Assembly: GCA_951406725.2 (NCBI GenBank)
Contig: OX597824.1
Coordinates: forward strand, 38,192,001-38,256,000
Length of the DNA: 64,000 bases
Source: Octopus vulgaris
Lineage: Eukaryota
Reading direction: 5' to 3'
The translations under genes and the position numbers were made by a program. Below, in pieces: positions 25,524 through 38,845 of this stretch (within the stretch, counting starts at the first letter, position 1; the number at the start of each line of letters is the position of its first letter). Under the pieces are notes generated by a model. The model was not told where the DNA came from. It worked only from the letters and a program-made list of their open reading frames with translations, and did no database searches.

Positions 25524-26384
25524 GGGTATTTCTGTACAAAATCAAAGAAATTTTTGAAACAACTGAAGGTGACCAAAACCAATTTCTTTCAAACTTTGCA
25601 TGCTAAATGGCCTTCATATGAAACCTTTAGATATGAAATATTTTTTTACCTGAGTCTAATATTTGCTGAATTATAACCATTTGAAATTTTCAAAAAAGTG
25701 AGATTTTATTGGTTACTCAATAACTTTGAGAAGCCATATCTCAGCTACTATTTGAGCTAGAAAGCTCAATTTGTTTTTTTCCATTTTAAAGCATTTAAAA
25801 TAGATCTAAAACTTTTGTTTAGTGTAGTTTTTCCTCACAATAAAAATAAAGAAGTTGACCTAAAATTTGACCTCTGACCTTTCATAGGTCAAAAGACGCG
25901 ATCGTTGATTTTTTAAAATTTTGTCCAAATATTGCCCTACTCAGTCACAACTCACATAAAAAAAATTCATACTGGGATCTCAATGGAAAGTATTTTTAAT
26001 AAATATAACTACAGTGAAAAGTAGTGACAAATTATCAAAAATTGCTTACTAAGCAAGATAATTTGAAAGTGTTGATAATCAAAATAAGTATTTTTATTAT
26101 TTCAATAATAATGTCTACTTTACTTGTAACTACGTTTTCAGCTCTGCTATGGTCAATGGTGAGCTTTCTAGCTCAAATAGTAGCTGAGATATGGCTTTTC
26201 AAAGTTATTGAGTAACCGAAAAATGTCACTTTTTTGAAAATTTCAAATGGTTGTAACTCAGCAAATATTAAAGTCAGGTAAAAAATATTTCATATTTAAA
26301 GGTTTCATAAGAAGGCCATTCAGCATGCAAAGTTTCAAAGAAATAGGTTTCGGTCACCTTTGTTGATTTTGCATGGAACTGACC
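25524..26384. mobile_element. Fold-back DNA transposon derivative with about 200-bp inverted arms
   Basis: 25566-25768 is the near reverse complement of 26160-26360; termini gggtatttctgtacaaaatcaa and ttgattttgcatggaactgacc. Confidence 0.85.
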
Positions 26385-26500
26385 ATTCAATCAAAATAGG
26401 TGTCAAATTTTATAAATAAATTCTTCAGTAACATTCATATCATTATTATGTTTTCAAAAGGTATTTAATATTTATTGTTATACTTAGGGATGTACTTGGG

Positions 26501-26932
26501 GGGTATAAAAAAAATATGACTGACAACTGTGTACCCAGACAGCTGTTGTATGGCAAGCTTATGCAGAGCTCACACAAATGAGGAAGACTTAAATTGAGGT
26601 ACAAAGAAACTCTGAAAAGTAACCGCAAATGGAGTGACATTAGACCATGCAAACTCGAAGCCTCTGCTACAAACAGATCAGCATGGAGGTCTCTCACCTC
26701 ACAAGCAGCAGCTGACTTCAAAGAGGATCGGCAGCAGGATCTCGATGCTGCAAGAGAAAGACATCACAGGGCAGCATCTACCTCAATCCAGTCAACAGAA
26801 TATCGCTGTGACATCTGTGGGCACCTGTGTGCACCTGTGTGCTTCCAGCTTTGGACTGCAGAGTCACATGCGCTTCCATCACTGAGAACACAGACTTTGT
26901 TATCATCGAACACTGATGGACTACCTACCACA
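26501..26932 (+). mobile_element. RTE/BovB-like LINE 3' fragment with possible 8-bp TSD
   Basis: PRQLLYGKL...LRYKETLK...NRSAWR...CDICGH...HMRFH; tacttggg at 26493-26500 and 26933-26940. Confidence 0.75.
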
Positions 26933-27072
26933 TACTTGGGGATGGTCATCTTTTGCAAATATCTGTTTCAATACACATTTTCACATCAAGAATCTTGCAA
27001 AACAAATACATAAATGTAATATTAATATTTACTTATACTTTAATCCTTAAAAATAATTAACTAGAATTTTAA

Positions 27073-27293
27073 CCCTTTAGCATTTAAACCGGCCATATCC
27101 GGCCAAAAGTATTCTGCTTGTTTTACGTTCAAACTGGCCAGATCTGATCTCTCACACCAACCCTACAATATCACCTTAAAAATGAACAGCTACCTCATCA
27201 AAATCTCCTAGCTACAAGATAATGCATGATTAATTCAAAACAATGTGGATAAAGAAGCATTAATTTTGGCAGAATAATGTGAAAACTAAAGGA
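27073..27293 (+). mobile_element. piggyBac-type MITE
   Basis: TTAA|CCCTTTAG...CTAAAGGA|TTAA. Confidence 0.82.
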
Positions 27294-27400
27294 TTAAAGA
27301 TTCACTTTAGAAACTGAAGCACTTACATTTATACTGATGAAAGTGGAAAATATTAAATACTGATGAAAATACAATTATTTCTTTCTTTTTATCATTGTCA

Positions 27401-27706
<306 letters not shown>

Positions 27707-27879
27707 TCAACATTATCATCTAATTTTACCATGATGCTACTAGCAATTCTGAGTCTAGAGTTCAGTGTCTTTTTATCTCACCCATGTCATCTTACTCATC
27801 AAGTTGCATCTTCTCTTAATCTTCATTAGTTATCTTTATTTTCTCTACCTTCTACCACCCACTTGCATTAGGTTTTCTG

Positions 27880-28620
27880 TCATCATCATCATCATCATCG
27901 TTTAACGTCCGCTTTCCATGCTAGCATGGGTTGGACGATTTCACTGAGAGCTGATGAACCAGATGGCTGCACCAGACTCCAATCTTGATCTGGCAGAGTT
28001 TCTACAGCTGGATGCCCTTACTAACACCAACCACTCCAAGAGTGTAGTTGGTGCTTTTACGTGCCACTGGCATGGGGGCCAGTCAAGCGGTACTGGCAAC
28101 AACCTCTCGTGAACCTTTTTACACATGCTACCAGCACAGGTGCCAGTAAGGCGACGCTGGCAACGATCATGCTCAGATGGTGCTCTTAGCACCCTACTAG
28201 CACGGGCACAAGTGCCAGTAAGGCGACGCTGGTAACGATCACACTCAAATGGTGCCTTTTATGTGCCACTGGCACGGAAGCCGGTTAGCCGCTCTGTCAA
28301 CAATCACACTCGTATGGTGCTCTTTGCACTCCGCTAGCACGGATACCAGTCATCGACGGTGACATGTAAAAGATACCCATGCCAGTTACACATAAAAGGT
28401 ATTTGTGCCAGTGACATGTAAAAGGCACACATACTGATGACAACATGTAAAAGGCACTTGGTACACTCTGTGGAGTGGTTGGCATTAGGAAGGGCATCCA
28501 GCTGTAGAAACCAAGCCAAAACAGACCGGAGCCTGGTGCAGCCCTCCAGCTTACCAGTTCCAGTTAAACTAACCCATGCCAGCATAAAAAATGGATGCTA
28601 AAATGATGATGATGGTGACG
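27880..28620. mobile_element. Two RTE-tail elements in inverted (head-to-head) orientation
   Basis: Minus copy about 27880-28350 and plus copy about 28440-28620, followed by a GAT/GGT microsatellite. Confidence 0.75.
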
Positions 28621-29148
28621 ATGGTGATGGTGGTGGTGGTGATGATGATGATGATGGTGGTGGTGGTAGTTGTGGTGGTTGTGGTGATGGTGGTGGTGGT
28701 GATGATGATGATGATGATGAGGAGGAGGAGGAGGAGGATATTGTATACTTTTGCCTCAAATATCAGGATACAAATGAATAATAACATCAAGATAACATGT
28801 CGCTAATACTAAACCAAAATATCACAGTAAAGTGCAGTGAATATCACTAACAACAGTAAACTTTAAGTAGCTGCAGGTGCATGGCTGATTTAACTTATAG
28901 GAAATCGCCAAAGATAACTGATTTCTGTACAGGTCCCACCTAAGTAGTCAAATATTGAAAAGTAAACAATTTAAGATAATAAATAAATAACAATAATAAT
29001 TTCTTGTGACTTAGCTTAAGCAATTCTGTAACAGACAGATACAATCTAGTGAACTCAAAAACCAGAATATAACAGAAACAATTTATATAATCCCAGAAAA
29101 TTTGTTGATGCCAGCATGATTTGTTTTGAAAATAGTAATGAGTAACTA

Positions 29149-29500
29149 GGCGCAGGAGTGGCTGTGTGGTAAGTAGCTTGCTTACCAACCACATGGTTCC
29201 GGGTTCATTCCCACTGTGTGGCACCTTGGGCAAGTGTCTTCAACTATAGCCTCGGGCTGACCAAAGCCTTGTGAGTGGATTTGGTGGATGGAAACTGAAA
29301 GAAGCCCATTGTATATATGTATATATATATATGTATGTGTGTGTATATGTTTGTCCCCTAACATCGCTTGACAACCGATGGTGGTGTGTTTACTTCCCCA
29401 TAACTTAGCGGTTCAGCAAAAGAGACCGATAGAATAAGTACTAGGCTCCAGCATGGTCACAGTCAAATGACTGCAACAAGTAAAAGACAGTAAAATAGAA
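29149..29500 (+). mobile_element. SINE family A
   Basis: Family head and tail. Confidence 0.85.
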
Positions 29501-30065
29501 AAGAGAGTCACTGTTCTGAATACTGTAAGTGTTTAGTGTGGTTTACTAATGTCTTAATGTGAAGAAGCTGTGGTCTCAGTATGTTCTGCTTTAAGGACAA
29601 TGAGACAAGACCAAAATGAATAGTAAAATGCTGTATGTCCAACAACAGCAACAATAACAACAACAACACCGCTACTGCCGTCACTGCCACCATCATCATC
29701 ATTTTACATCAGCTTTCTATGTTGGCAGATGTAGGCAAGGTCATTGCTCTCTCTCCTAAATGAGTTCAAGGGTTACATCTTGATCTGGTTTCTACAGCTG
29801 AACACTCTTTCTAACACCAATCACTTAATGCATATTGGTTGCATATTTTGTTGGCATTGGAACCAGAGAGAAAAGAGATGAGAGAGTAAGACACGGGTAA
29901 GACATAGCTAAATATTAAGTCACTGATGAATGTCAATACCAAAGGGCCAGGGGTAAATATAAGCAGATTGGATAGGGTACATCTGACAAGGTTCCTGATG
30001 CATGTCTTGAGATGAGCAACAAAGTTAGGGTAATATGTATGGGAAAAAGAGAGACGGAGAGTTGC

Positions 30066-31090
30066 AGAAAATTTTCTGAAAATTTTTGCAAATTTGTGTT
30101 CTACACACAAGAATTCATACAATTATGAAAAAAATTTGTTTTTAATATCTTAAACCCCTTCCTCTTTTACCCCATAAATCCTAAAATTTCCACTCTTTTT
30201 TTGAATTGAAAAAAAACAATCAATTTAAAATACAGACAGTTTGAATTCTTTGCATAAATCTCAGCAATGGACCACCCTTGGGTGCCTTATTATTCCATTA
30301 AATGAGTTTACACTGAAAGTAATATATGATGAACATAAGAGATACACTATTATCTATAGTCATACTGTAGCATAGTACAGTGAGAGTAAGAAAAAAAGTA
30401 ATTAAGAGAAAAGTCATAGGGGCATGAGCACTTGAGGAGTAGGTGATAAAGGCAAAGGCAATAAAGATATGGATGACAATAGTAGTATGATAAGAAGTGT
30501 GAGTGAATAGAGGAGCAAATGATAGAAAGATGAATGAGAGGGGTGATAGAGAAATGAGAGGCTATCAAAGAAGTAGTTGGAATTCTGGTTTAAGTACCTC
30601 ATAACAGTCCATAATTTTTTTTATTTTTTGGAATTTTCAGAAAATTTTTGCAAATTTGTGTTCTACACATGGGGATTCATATGATTATGCAAAAAAAAGA
30701 ATGATTTTGTGTGTGTAATTTAAGGGCGATTTAGTTGCTTTTAGCACATATCACAACCACCTGATACTCTCCTCATTTCTTTGTCCTTCTGACAGGATGT
30801 TTTTCGTTATTTTTCTCCCCATAAACACATTTAATGGAATAATAATGCACCCATGGGTGATCCGTTGCTGGGATTTACGCAAAGAATTCAGACTGTCTGT
30901 ATTTTAAACTGATTTTTTTTTAATTAAAAAAAAAAAAAAAAAGCAAAAATTTTAGGATTTATGGGGTAAGCAAGAGAGGAAGGGATTAAGATATTAAAAA
31001 AAATTTTTTTCCAAATTGTATGAATTCCTGTGTGTAGAACACATATTTGCAAAAATTTTCAGAAAATTCCCAAAAGTAAAACTGTTATAA
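30066..31090. mobile_element. Fold-back element with about 245-bp inverted arms and an extra partial arm
   Basis: 30066-30310 is inverted versus 30822-31068; 30601-30700 repeats the left arm (ataacagt...actgttat termini). Confidence 0.8.
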
Positions 31091-31362
31091 GGGGCTATAT
31101 GGGGTGCTAAAACAAGAATTCAGCCAAGAAGTAGACTTAACAGTATGCACAAACACACACACATATATATGTATCACCATCTGTATATCATACTAAGTGA
31201 GTACACACCATTAGAAGGCATACTGGGTGGTTAAGAAGTTTGCTTCTTAACCATGTTGTCCCAATGTGTGGCACCTTGGGCAAGTATCTTCTACTTTTGT
31301 TCAGGGCTAACCAAAACCTTGTGAGTGGATTTGGCAGACAGAAATTGAAAAGAACCAGTCAT

Positions 31363-31399
<37 letters not shown>

Positions 31400-31497
31400 A
31401 GTGTGCGTTCCCTTTCTTGTTTGTATACCATGGGATTGAACCTTGTGGTGTGCGACAGGGAATAAATGTATTTCAATTTAAATTTTAAAAATTGTTA

Positions 31498-31905
31498 AGG
31501 AGTGGCTGTGTGGTAAGTAGCTTGCTTACCAACCACATGGTTCTGGGTTCAGTCCCACTGCGTGGCACCTTGGGCAAGTGTCTTCTACTATAGCCTCAGG
31601 CCGACCAAAGCCTTGTGAGTGGATTCGGTAGATGGAAACTGAAGGAAGCCTGTCGTATATATGTATATATATATGTATGTGTGTGTATGTTTGTGTGTCT
31701 GTGTTTGTTCCCCCAACATTGCCTGACAACTGATGGTGATGTGTTTACATCCATGTAACTTAGTGGTTTAGCAAAAAAGACCGATAGAATAAGTACTAGG
31801 CTTCCAAAGAATAAAACCTGGGGTCGATTTGCTCGACTAAAGGCAGTGCTCCAGCATGGCCACAGTCAAATGACTGAAACAAGTAAAAGAGTAAAAGAGT
31901 AAAGA
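31498..31905 (+). mobile_element. SINE family A
   Basis: Family head, core and tail. Confidence 0.85.
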
Positions 31906-33107
31906 GTATACAAGTGGAAGGAGGAGTCTGTGATTTCTTGTCTTCTGTGAAAATACGTCTGATGGTAATGCTGTTTCATATAGCACAGCATGATTCCATG
32001 ATACCAATGTTTAAGTCACTGTTTCCTATATATCAAAGCACAACAAATTTCATTTAAATATGTGACAACTGGCACTGACAAGTCTCAAGAAAGATGAAAC
32101 CTTTCTGCCATTTTCATAAGTCACTGCAGTGATGTTTATCTTGCTCCAAATATATGGTTTTTAACACAACTGTATAAAGAGATCTTATGTCAGAGTGTGT
32201 TGAGTCAAAAGTTCTGCAATATTTTGGAGATAGGACTCCATAGTCACTTTGGTGACATGTCATGGCCAATGGCTCTATCCTTGTGATGAAGATGGAACTG
32301 CGTCTTGGTAGCCACCTCTCAAGTAGTGGTTGGATAAGGATTTGGGACCCAATGACATCACCTTTTCCTGATGAGAACCATGGACATCATAGAGATAGCA
32401 GGTGTTCATGGTCCCCGACACTCAGAAATGAGAATGGGAATAGTCCCAACACATGGACAGTAAGAGTTCTTCAGTCTCTGTTGACAATCCTTCTCAAGAT
32501 GTATCTCAATAAAAATACTTGTTGGTGACTAACCTTAAAACACAAACCTCAATATTGAGTGAAAATGTCCAACACAAGTGTATCAAATAATGGTATCAAT
32601 GAGGCTGGAACCAAAAGTGAAGCAAGAAACCCAGGATAACCCCATAAACTAACTCAATAATATATCTATATATGTATATAGTAAAAAAAATGAAATATAA
32701 ATTGCATACATGCACTATAACCTTTAAATCAAAACGTGCTGTCATAGGTGGAAGCTTACATTTCTGGTAGTATATTGTATATAAAAACTATTGAACATGT
32801 ATATAAAACTATATTCAGGTTATAAAATCTAAACCGATATTATGTTTAAACTTGGGTCCCATCCCCTAGCCGTCCTATGTTATAGGACAAATATAAAAAT
32901 ACTCTGAAATTTGCAACTTTCAATCCCAGGAATTTTGGATAAGGGATTCTTAGCCTGTAATAATAATTTTTTCCTTTTTTTTTTTTTCCCCCTTATTTTT
33001 ATGCATGCTAAGTAATTCAAAACTCCAGCATCAGAGAAATTACATTTCTGGAACTAGATAAATAAATATATCAAATGGAAAGAAAGAAATCCATGTCAAA
33101 GCCTCAC

Positions 33108-33176
33108 CTCCGGTACCAAGAACTTTCAACAATTCAAAGTCTTTCATGGTCACCTTTCCTTTTCCAGCCAGATTTA
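33108..33176 (-). CDS. RPS6KA5: MSK exon 2 (VNLAGKGKVTMKDFELLKVLGTG)
   Basis: 69 nt, cag acceptor and gtgag donor, phase 1-1; FELLKVLGTG is identical to MSK1. Not in the ORF track. Confidence 0.96.
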
Positions 33177-33397
33177 CTGAAATTTAAAGAAATAAGAATA
33201 CATTAAGACAATTATTTTTTGTGAAAGAAATAACGATGCTGGTAATTATGACAATACTGATGCTGATTGATTTTAAATAATCTGGATTTGAATACGTGTT
33301 TATGTATGCAATGGAGAAAAGCTGGAAATAAAGAATGTTTGAAAAAGCCTCCGTGCATACCCAGAATATTACTCAAATGTATTTATGATATGAAAAC

Positions 33398-33950
33398 AGC
33401 AAGCTGGCAGAATTGCTAACATACTGGGCAGAATGCTTAGCTGCATTTCGTTAGTCTTCATATTCTGAGTTCAAATTCTGCCTTTCATCCTTTTGGGGTT
33501 GATAAAATAAGTACCAGGCGTAGGAGTGGCTGTGTGGTAAGTAGCTTGCTTACGAACCACATGGTTCCAGGTTCAGTCCCACTGCGTGGCACCTTGGGCA
33601 AGTGTCTTCTACTATAGCCTCGGCCCGACCAAAGCCTTGTGAGTGGATTTGGTAGACGGAAACTGAAAGAAGCCCGTCGTATATATGTATATATATATAT
33701 GTATATGTGTGTGTGTTGTGTTTACGTTCGGCAAAAGAGACTGATAGAATAAGTACTAGGCTTACAAAGAGTAAGTCCTGGGGTTGATTTCCTCGACTAA
33801 AGGCGGTGCTCCAGCATGGCCACAGTCAAATGACTGAAACAAGTAAATGAGTAAATGAGAATGAGGATGAGTTGAATATTGGGACTGATATAATTGACTT
33901 ACCCACTCCCCCAAAATTGCTGGCCTTGTGCCAAAATTTGAAATCATTAT
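33398..33950 (+). mobile_element. SINE B interrupted by SINE A (33516-33850)
   Basis: The B core ends at ...aataagtacca, then the A head ggcgtaggagtggc begins; the B tail resumes near 33868. Confidence 0.8.
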
Positions 33951-33952
33951 AT

Positions 33953-34180
33953 ACTCTTTACTCTTTGACTTGTTTCAGTCATTTGACTGCAGCCATGCTG
34001 GAGCAGCGCCTTTAGTCAAGCAAATCAACCAGAGAACTTATTCTTTGTAAGCCTAGTACTTATTTTTATCAGTCTCTTTTTGCTGAACCACTAAGTTACA
34101 GGGGCCGCAAACACACCACCATCGGTTGTCAAGCGATGTTGGGGGGACAAACTCAGACGCACAAACATATATACACACAT

Positions 34181-34229
<49 letters not shown>

Positions 34230-34390
34230 CAACAGGCTTCTTTCAGTTTACGTCTACCAAATCCACTCACAAGGCTTTTGTTGGCCTGAGGCTATAGAAA
34301 AAGACACTTGCCCAAGGTGCCACGCAGTGGGAATGAACCCGGAACCATGTGGTTGGTAAGCAAGCTACTTACCACGCAGCCACTCCTGCA
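33953..34390 (-). mobile_element. SINE family A (inverted to the 33516 copy)
   Basis: Reverse complement of family A with a (CA)n core. Confidence 0.85.
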
Positions 34391-34568
34391 TCTATATGTA
34401 TGTATATATATTAAAAGTATGTGTGAAAATGTAATATAGTTACTTGCATAGCAACAACACAAAATAATCTCTTCTTTATATCTATAATCTTTTCAGGTGA
34501 AAGTAATCAAGCGCTAATAGGATTTGCACAGACAAAACTAATGTTTTAATTACAAATGACACTATCTA

Positions 34569-35691
34569 CAAGGGTTGTCTAGAGAAGTTTATAAGCTGAC
34601 CAAGAAACTCTCATAGAATGTAAACAAATGAGCTTTATTTTTCAGCATAGTCCCCTTTGTAGCCACACACTTCTTCCATCAGTGCAGCAGTGCCTGGATC
34701 CTATTGGTGAAGAACTTTTCATCCTGTTGGTCAAAAGATTCATTTACAGCAGATATGACATTATCATCACTGAGATACTAGTTCCAGCTATATATATTTT
34801 CATGTTGAGGAACAGATGACAGTCAAACGGGGCTGAATCAGAAGAACAGGAAGGGTAATAAACCAGTTCAAAGCCAGAGTCACACAGAAAGTCAATAAAT
34901 ACAATGCTTTTTGCATCACAAAAAACAGGCCATCATCTTCCCTACAGATGAAATGACGTTGGCCTTCTTTGGAGCAAGTGAAGAGAGGTATTTCCACTGC
35001 ATGGACCGTTTCTTTGTCTCTGGCTCAAAATGATGAACCCAACACTCATCCTGGGTTAGGAAACATTCGAGAAAACCAGCTGGATCTGCCTAAAATAATG
35101 TCAGATTTTTCCCTTGAGGAGATATAACTGGTGCACTTTTGATCAAGTGTCAGAAGATGTGGCACCCACTGAACAGAACCCTTCATCATGGCAAGTTCAT
35201 TGAGCAGAATATTCTTGACTGTTGCACAGGATATGCTAAAAGCATTGTCTATTTGATTTAAAGACAATTTTTGCCTATCATCCATCACTATGTGGTGAAC
35301 ATAATCAATGCTTTCTTTGGTAGTGGCAGTTGCAGAATGTCCAGACCTTGGGTCATCTTCAAGATTCTCCCTTCCCCTCCTAAATTCAGCTGCCTACTTT
35401 TGCACTGTTCACAAAGCTGGAACATCATTCCCTAATGTAGCAACGATGTCAGCATGAATATCCTTGTGGGCTAAACCCTTTTTTTCTACAAGTACATTGC
35501 CAAAATTTGTCAATTTTCAAGAGAAGTCACTAATAGTCACTTCTGAAGTCTTCTTTGAACAGTCAGATGTCAGTTTACATAGAAAGAAATGATGCAGTTA
35601 TTAATAAGAAAAGGCAAAATTAATATATGCAAGATTTCACAGCTCTAACATCACTCCTTCATAGATACCTATGAACTTTCAGCCAGCCTCA
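34569..35691 (-). mobile_element. Decayed mariner transposon
   Basis: TA-flanked degenerate TIRs (caagggttgtctagagaagtttata and tatgaactttcagccagcctca). WVPHLL motif in ORF 35046..35288; YSPDLAPSD-like SSDSAPFDCHLF; many stops. Confidence 0.82.
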
Positions 35692-35809
35692 TATGTATAA
35701 GGCTTACAAACATTTGATGGCACTTTTATTTCCATATTCTTATGAACATGAAGAAATTACTAACAAAAAGTGTAGAAGTGCAGGTGCAAGCATACACCTA
35801 GTTTTCTTC

Positions 35810-36110
35810 TTTTCCATCATTTTAAATCTGGGTTTAGTCCCCGTTATTGGGGGTGGCCAGATCTACCTCAATGCCATTGCTGCAACTGCCCTCACACCAC
35901 CTTGCCCAGTTTTGGACATCCTCCCTTCTCAAGCCAACCCTCTCAATCTCTTCCTTCATCTGTCCCCTCCACATTTTCCACAGTCTACCTTGCTTCAGGA
36001 CATGTTCTTCATCCCTCCTCAACACATGCCCATATCACTGCACTCCATTTGCCCTTGACAGCCATTCCACTGAATCCTCCAACCCCAGCATTCCCATCAA
36101 GTCCACAGTC
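35810..36110 (-). mobile_element. RTE-like LINE fragment
   Basis: LRRDEEHVLK...GLRREDVQNWARW in ORF 35834..36025. Confidence 0.6.
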
Positions 36111-36154
36111 CTCCCCTTATCAAACTTAGTTATTATATTTATAATATCTTTACA

Positions 36155-36188
<34 letters not shown>

Positions 36189-36320
36189 GCATGTCTCTTC
36201 AGATAAGACAATAAACTTATTTATAAGGTTGAGGAAGTTCTCCATAATATAACTTCTCTCTAGTAATATCACAAAAATTTATAAAAAAAAAAACAAATTA
36301 AGGAAGCAAAACAATTATCA

Positions 36321-36531
36321 TCTCTTAGCATTTAAACTGGCCATATCTGGCCAAAATATTCTACCTGCTTTATCACCAAATCTGGCTTCTCACACCTACC
36401 CTACAATGTCATTCTAAAAATAAACAATCACATCATCAAAGTCTGGAAGCTGTGAGATAATGCATAATTAATTCAAAGCATTGTGCATGAATAAGTGTAA
36501 CATTTTACAGAATAATCTGAATGCTAAAGGG
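36321..36531 (+). mobile_element. piggyBac-type MITE
   Basis: Ends CTAAAGGG|TTAA; homologous to the 20198 and 27073 copies. Confidence 0.8.
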
Positions 36532-36617
36532 TTAAGAGACCATAAGTTACAATTCTTTGCTGACCCTAAATGCAGACTTATGAATCCAACTTAACAATTT
36601 GGGTTGCAGATATGCTT

Positions 36618-36856
36618 ATTTCTTTATTACCCACAAGGGGCTAAACATAGAGGGGACAAACAAGGACAGACAAAGGGATTAAGTCAATTACATCGACCCC
36701 CAGTGCATAACTGGTACTTATTTAATCGACCCTGAAAGGATGAAAGGCAAAGTCGACCTCAGTGGAATTTGAACTCACAATGTAACGGCAGATGAAATAC
36801 CACTGAGCATTTCGCCTAGCGTGCTAATTTTTCTGCCAGCTTTCCGCCTTAATACC
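36618..36856 (-). mobile_element. SINE family B with 12-bp TSD
   Basis: gcagatatgctt at 36606-36617 and 36857-36868. Confidence 0.85.
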
Positions 36857-36985
36857 GCAGATATGCTTCAATCACACATCTAGACATAGATGATATTATG
36901 CATGTCAGAAAGTTAAATCTGTCTTTCAGTAAAGCTTTCTGGGTAAAGTAAAATGATCACAACTAATCTCCTATCACATTTACTT

Positions 36986-37029
<44 letters not shown>

Positions 37030-37257
37030 TTAATGTTTGTTTTTACATTCAGTTATAAGAACAGTTTTACATTAATCTGACGGATTACTGTGTACTTCTG
37101 TAGCATACAAATTTATTATCCTTAAACAAGAATGTTGTTGCAGCCAATGACAGCTTAGCTGGACAAAACTTTTAAGTCAGTCAACAATATTCTTGTTTAA
37201 GAATAATAAATGTGTGTGTGTGCATGCATGCATGTATGTATGTATGTATATATATAC

Positions 37258-37566
37258 AGGGTGTGACAAAATTAACTCACTTTTTTATTTATTTACTTTT
37301 ATTGGAAAACAAATTACAATAGTTTAAGAAAATTTATAAGCATTGTCTCAACAAAGCAACATGAACTGTCAGGATTAAAAAATTAACATATTCAAAATAT
37401 TCCCCTTTGTGTTCAATACAAAGCTGAACTCTACCAGCAACACTTCTACAAACCATTTGATATATTTCTGCATTAATTTCAGAAAATTTATCAGAAAATG
37501 CTTATTTTATTTCAGGAATTGTTTTCAGTAAACAACATCATTCAGTGCACCTCACAAGAACAAGTC
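37258..37566 (-). mobile_element. Tc1/mariner-superfamily 3'-end fragment
   Basis: TA|CAGGGTGTG terminus; minus strand DLFL*GALNDVV resembles the DFFLWGxLKxxVY transposase motif. Confidence 0.55.
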
Positions 37567-37613
37567 ATATATATACAAGCATACATATATTTATACATAT
37601 AAATAGATACATC

Positions 37614-37646
<33 letters not shown>

Positions 37647-37989
37647 CAGCCGAAATTTGCTAGGACAATCCGGTTCCTGACTGAAGATTAGAGGCTTCAA
37701 ATGACCCGTCCGTTCTTTGTGTTTTTGCGTTCTTGTCCCATTTTGTATTTTTTATATATAATTTTTATACATATATATATATATACACACACACATACAT
37801 ACATATATGTGCAGATGTATATACACATATATACATGCATATATATACACATACATAATATATGTATATATTTAATGTGTATGTGTGTGTGTGTGTATGT
37901 GTGCATGTATATTTGTGAGATAATAGTTTCAGTATTAATAGTGAAAGTATATAATAGTTTTAGTATTAAATCTGAAAGTAATTCACATT

Positions 37990-38213
37990 AAAATAGAGAT
38001 GTTATTCTTTCACTTTTGACATGTAATACTGAAATAGTGTAAGAGATAAGAGATTGCTCCAGGCTCGCATTAGGCAAGAAGTTGAAAGTATGACACTGCA
38101 TGAAACCTAAGAAAGGCATGTGTAAAATCTGAATGAAATCGGTTGTGCAGTTCTTGAGTTTTAGGGATACACACAGACAGACAGACACACATTCTCAGTT
38201 TTATATATTAAGA
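37990..38213 (-). mobile_element. Non-autonomous Helitron 5' fragment
   Basis: Minus strand begins A|TCTTAATATATAAAACTGAG..(GTCT)n, like the 55104 element; no 3' end found. Confidence 0.5.
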
Positions 38214-38845
38214 TAAGCACTTTCACACACATGTACACACATGACAGTCAACTTCTGCCTACCAAATTCCATCAGAAGGCTTCAGTTTGCCTGAGGTTAT
38301 AGCAGAAGACACTTGTCCAAGATCCTACGCAGTAGGACTGAACTTGAAACCATATGGATAAGAAGCAAGCTTTGTAACCACAGTCATGCCTGTGCCTATA
38401 TATATAGATGCACACCAGATTGGCCTGAGAGTGTGTACGTTTACATGAATATAGGTATATGTAGAGAAATATATAACAATATAAGCAGTTTCATGTTCTT
38501 TTTCTTCTTTTCTCTTTCTTGTCCTTTTTTTATTTTTTCCCCCTCTAACAAAGTCTTCAAAAATTCACCATGGACATACTTATACATACACATATAGATT
38601 CAAAATAACAAAGGACATTCTCTTCCCAATTCAACTCCAGGTTTTTTCAACTGACTCACATATATATATAAAAGCATAAATTTTGTGTAAAAACCTAATT
38701 CCTAATGAATCTCTGAAATGAGACGAAAGTGCTAATTAAATAATTATCCAAAATTCTGGTTACCTCCTTTTTCTTAATATACAAAGTCTGTACAACACTT
38801 CAAACAAGCTATACACACACATATATGAAACAATTGTATATATAC

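Noticed and set aside
37643-37715. Partial hammerhead-like strings (cagccgaaa; ctgaaga)
   Set aside because: The elements are out of order or lack stems; no complete fold could be built.
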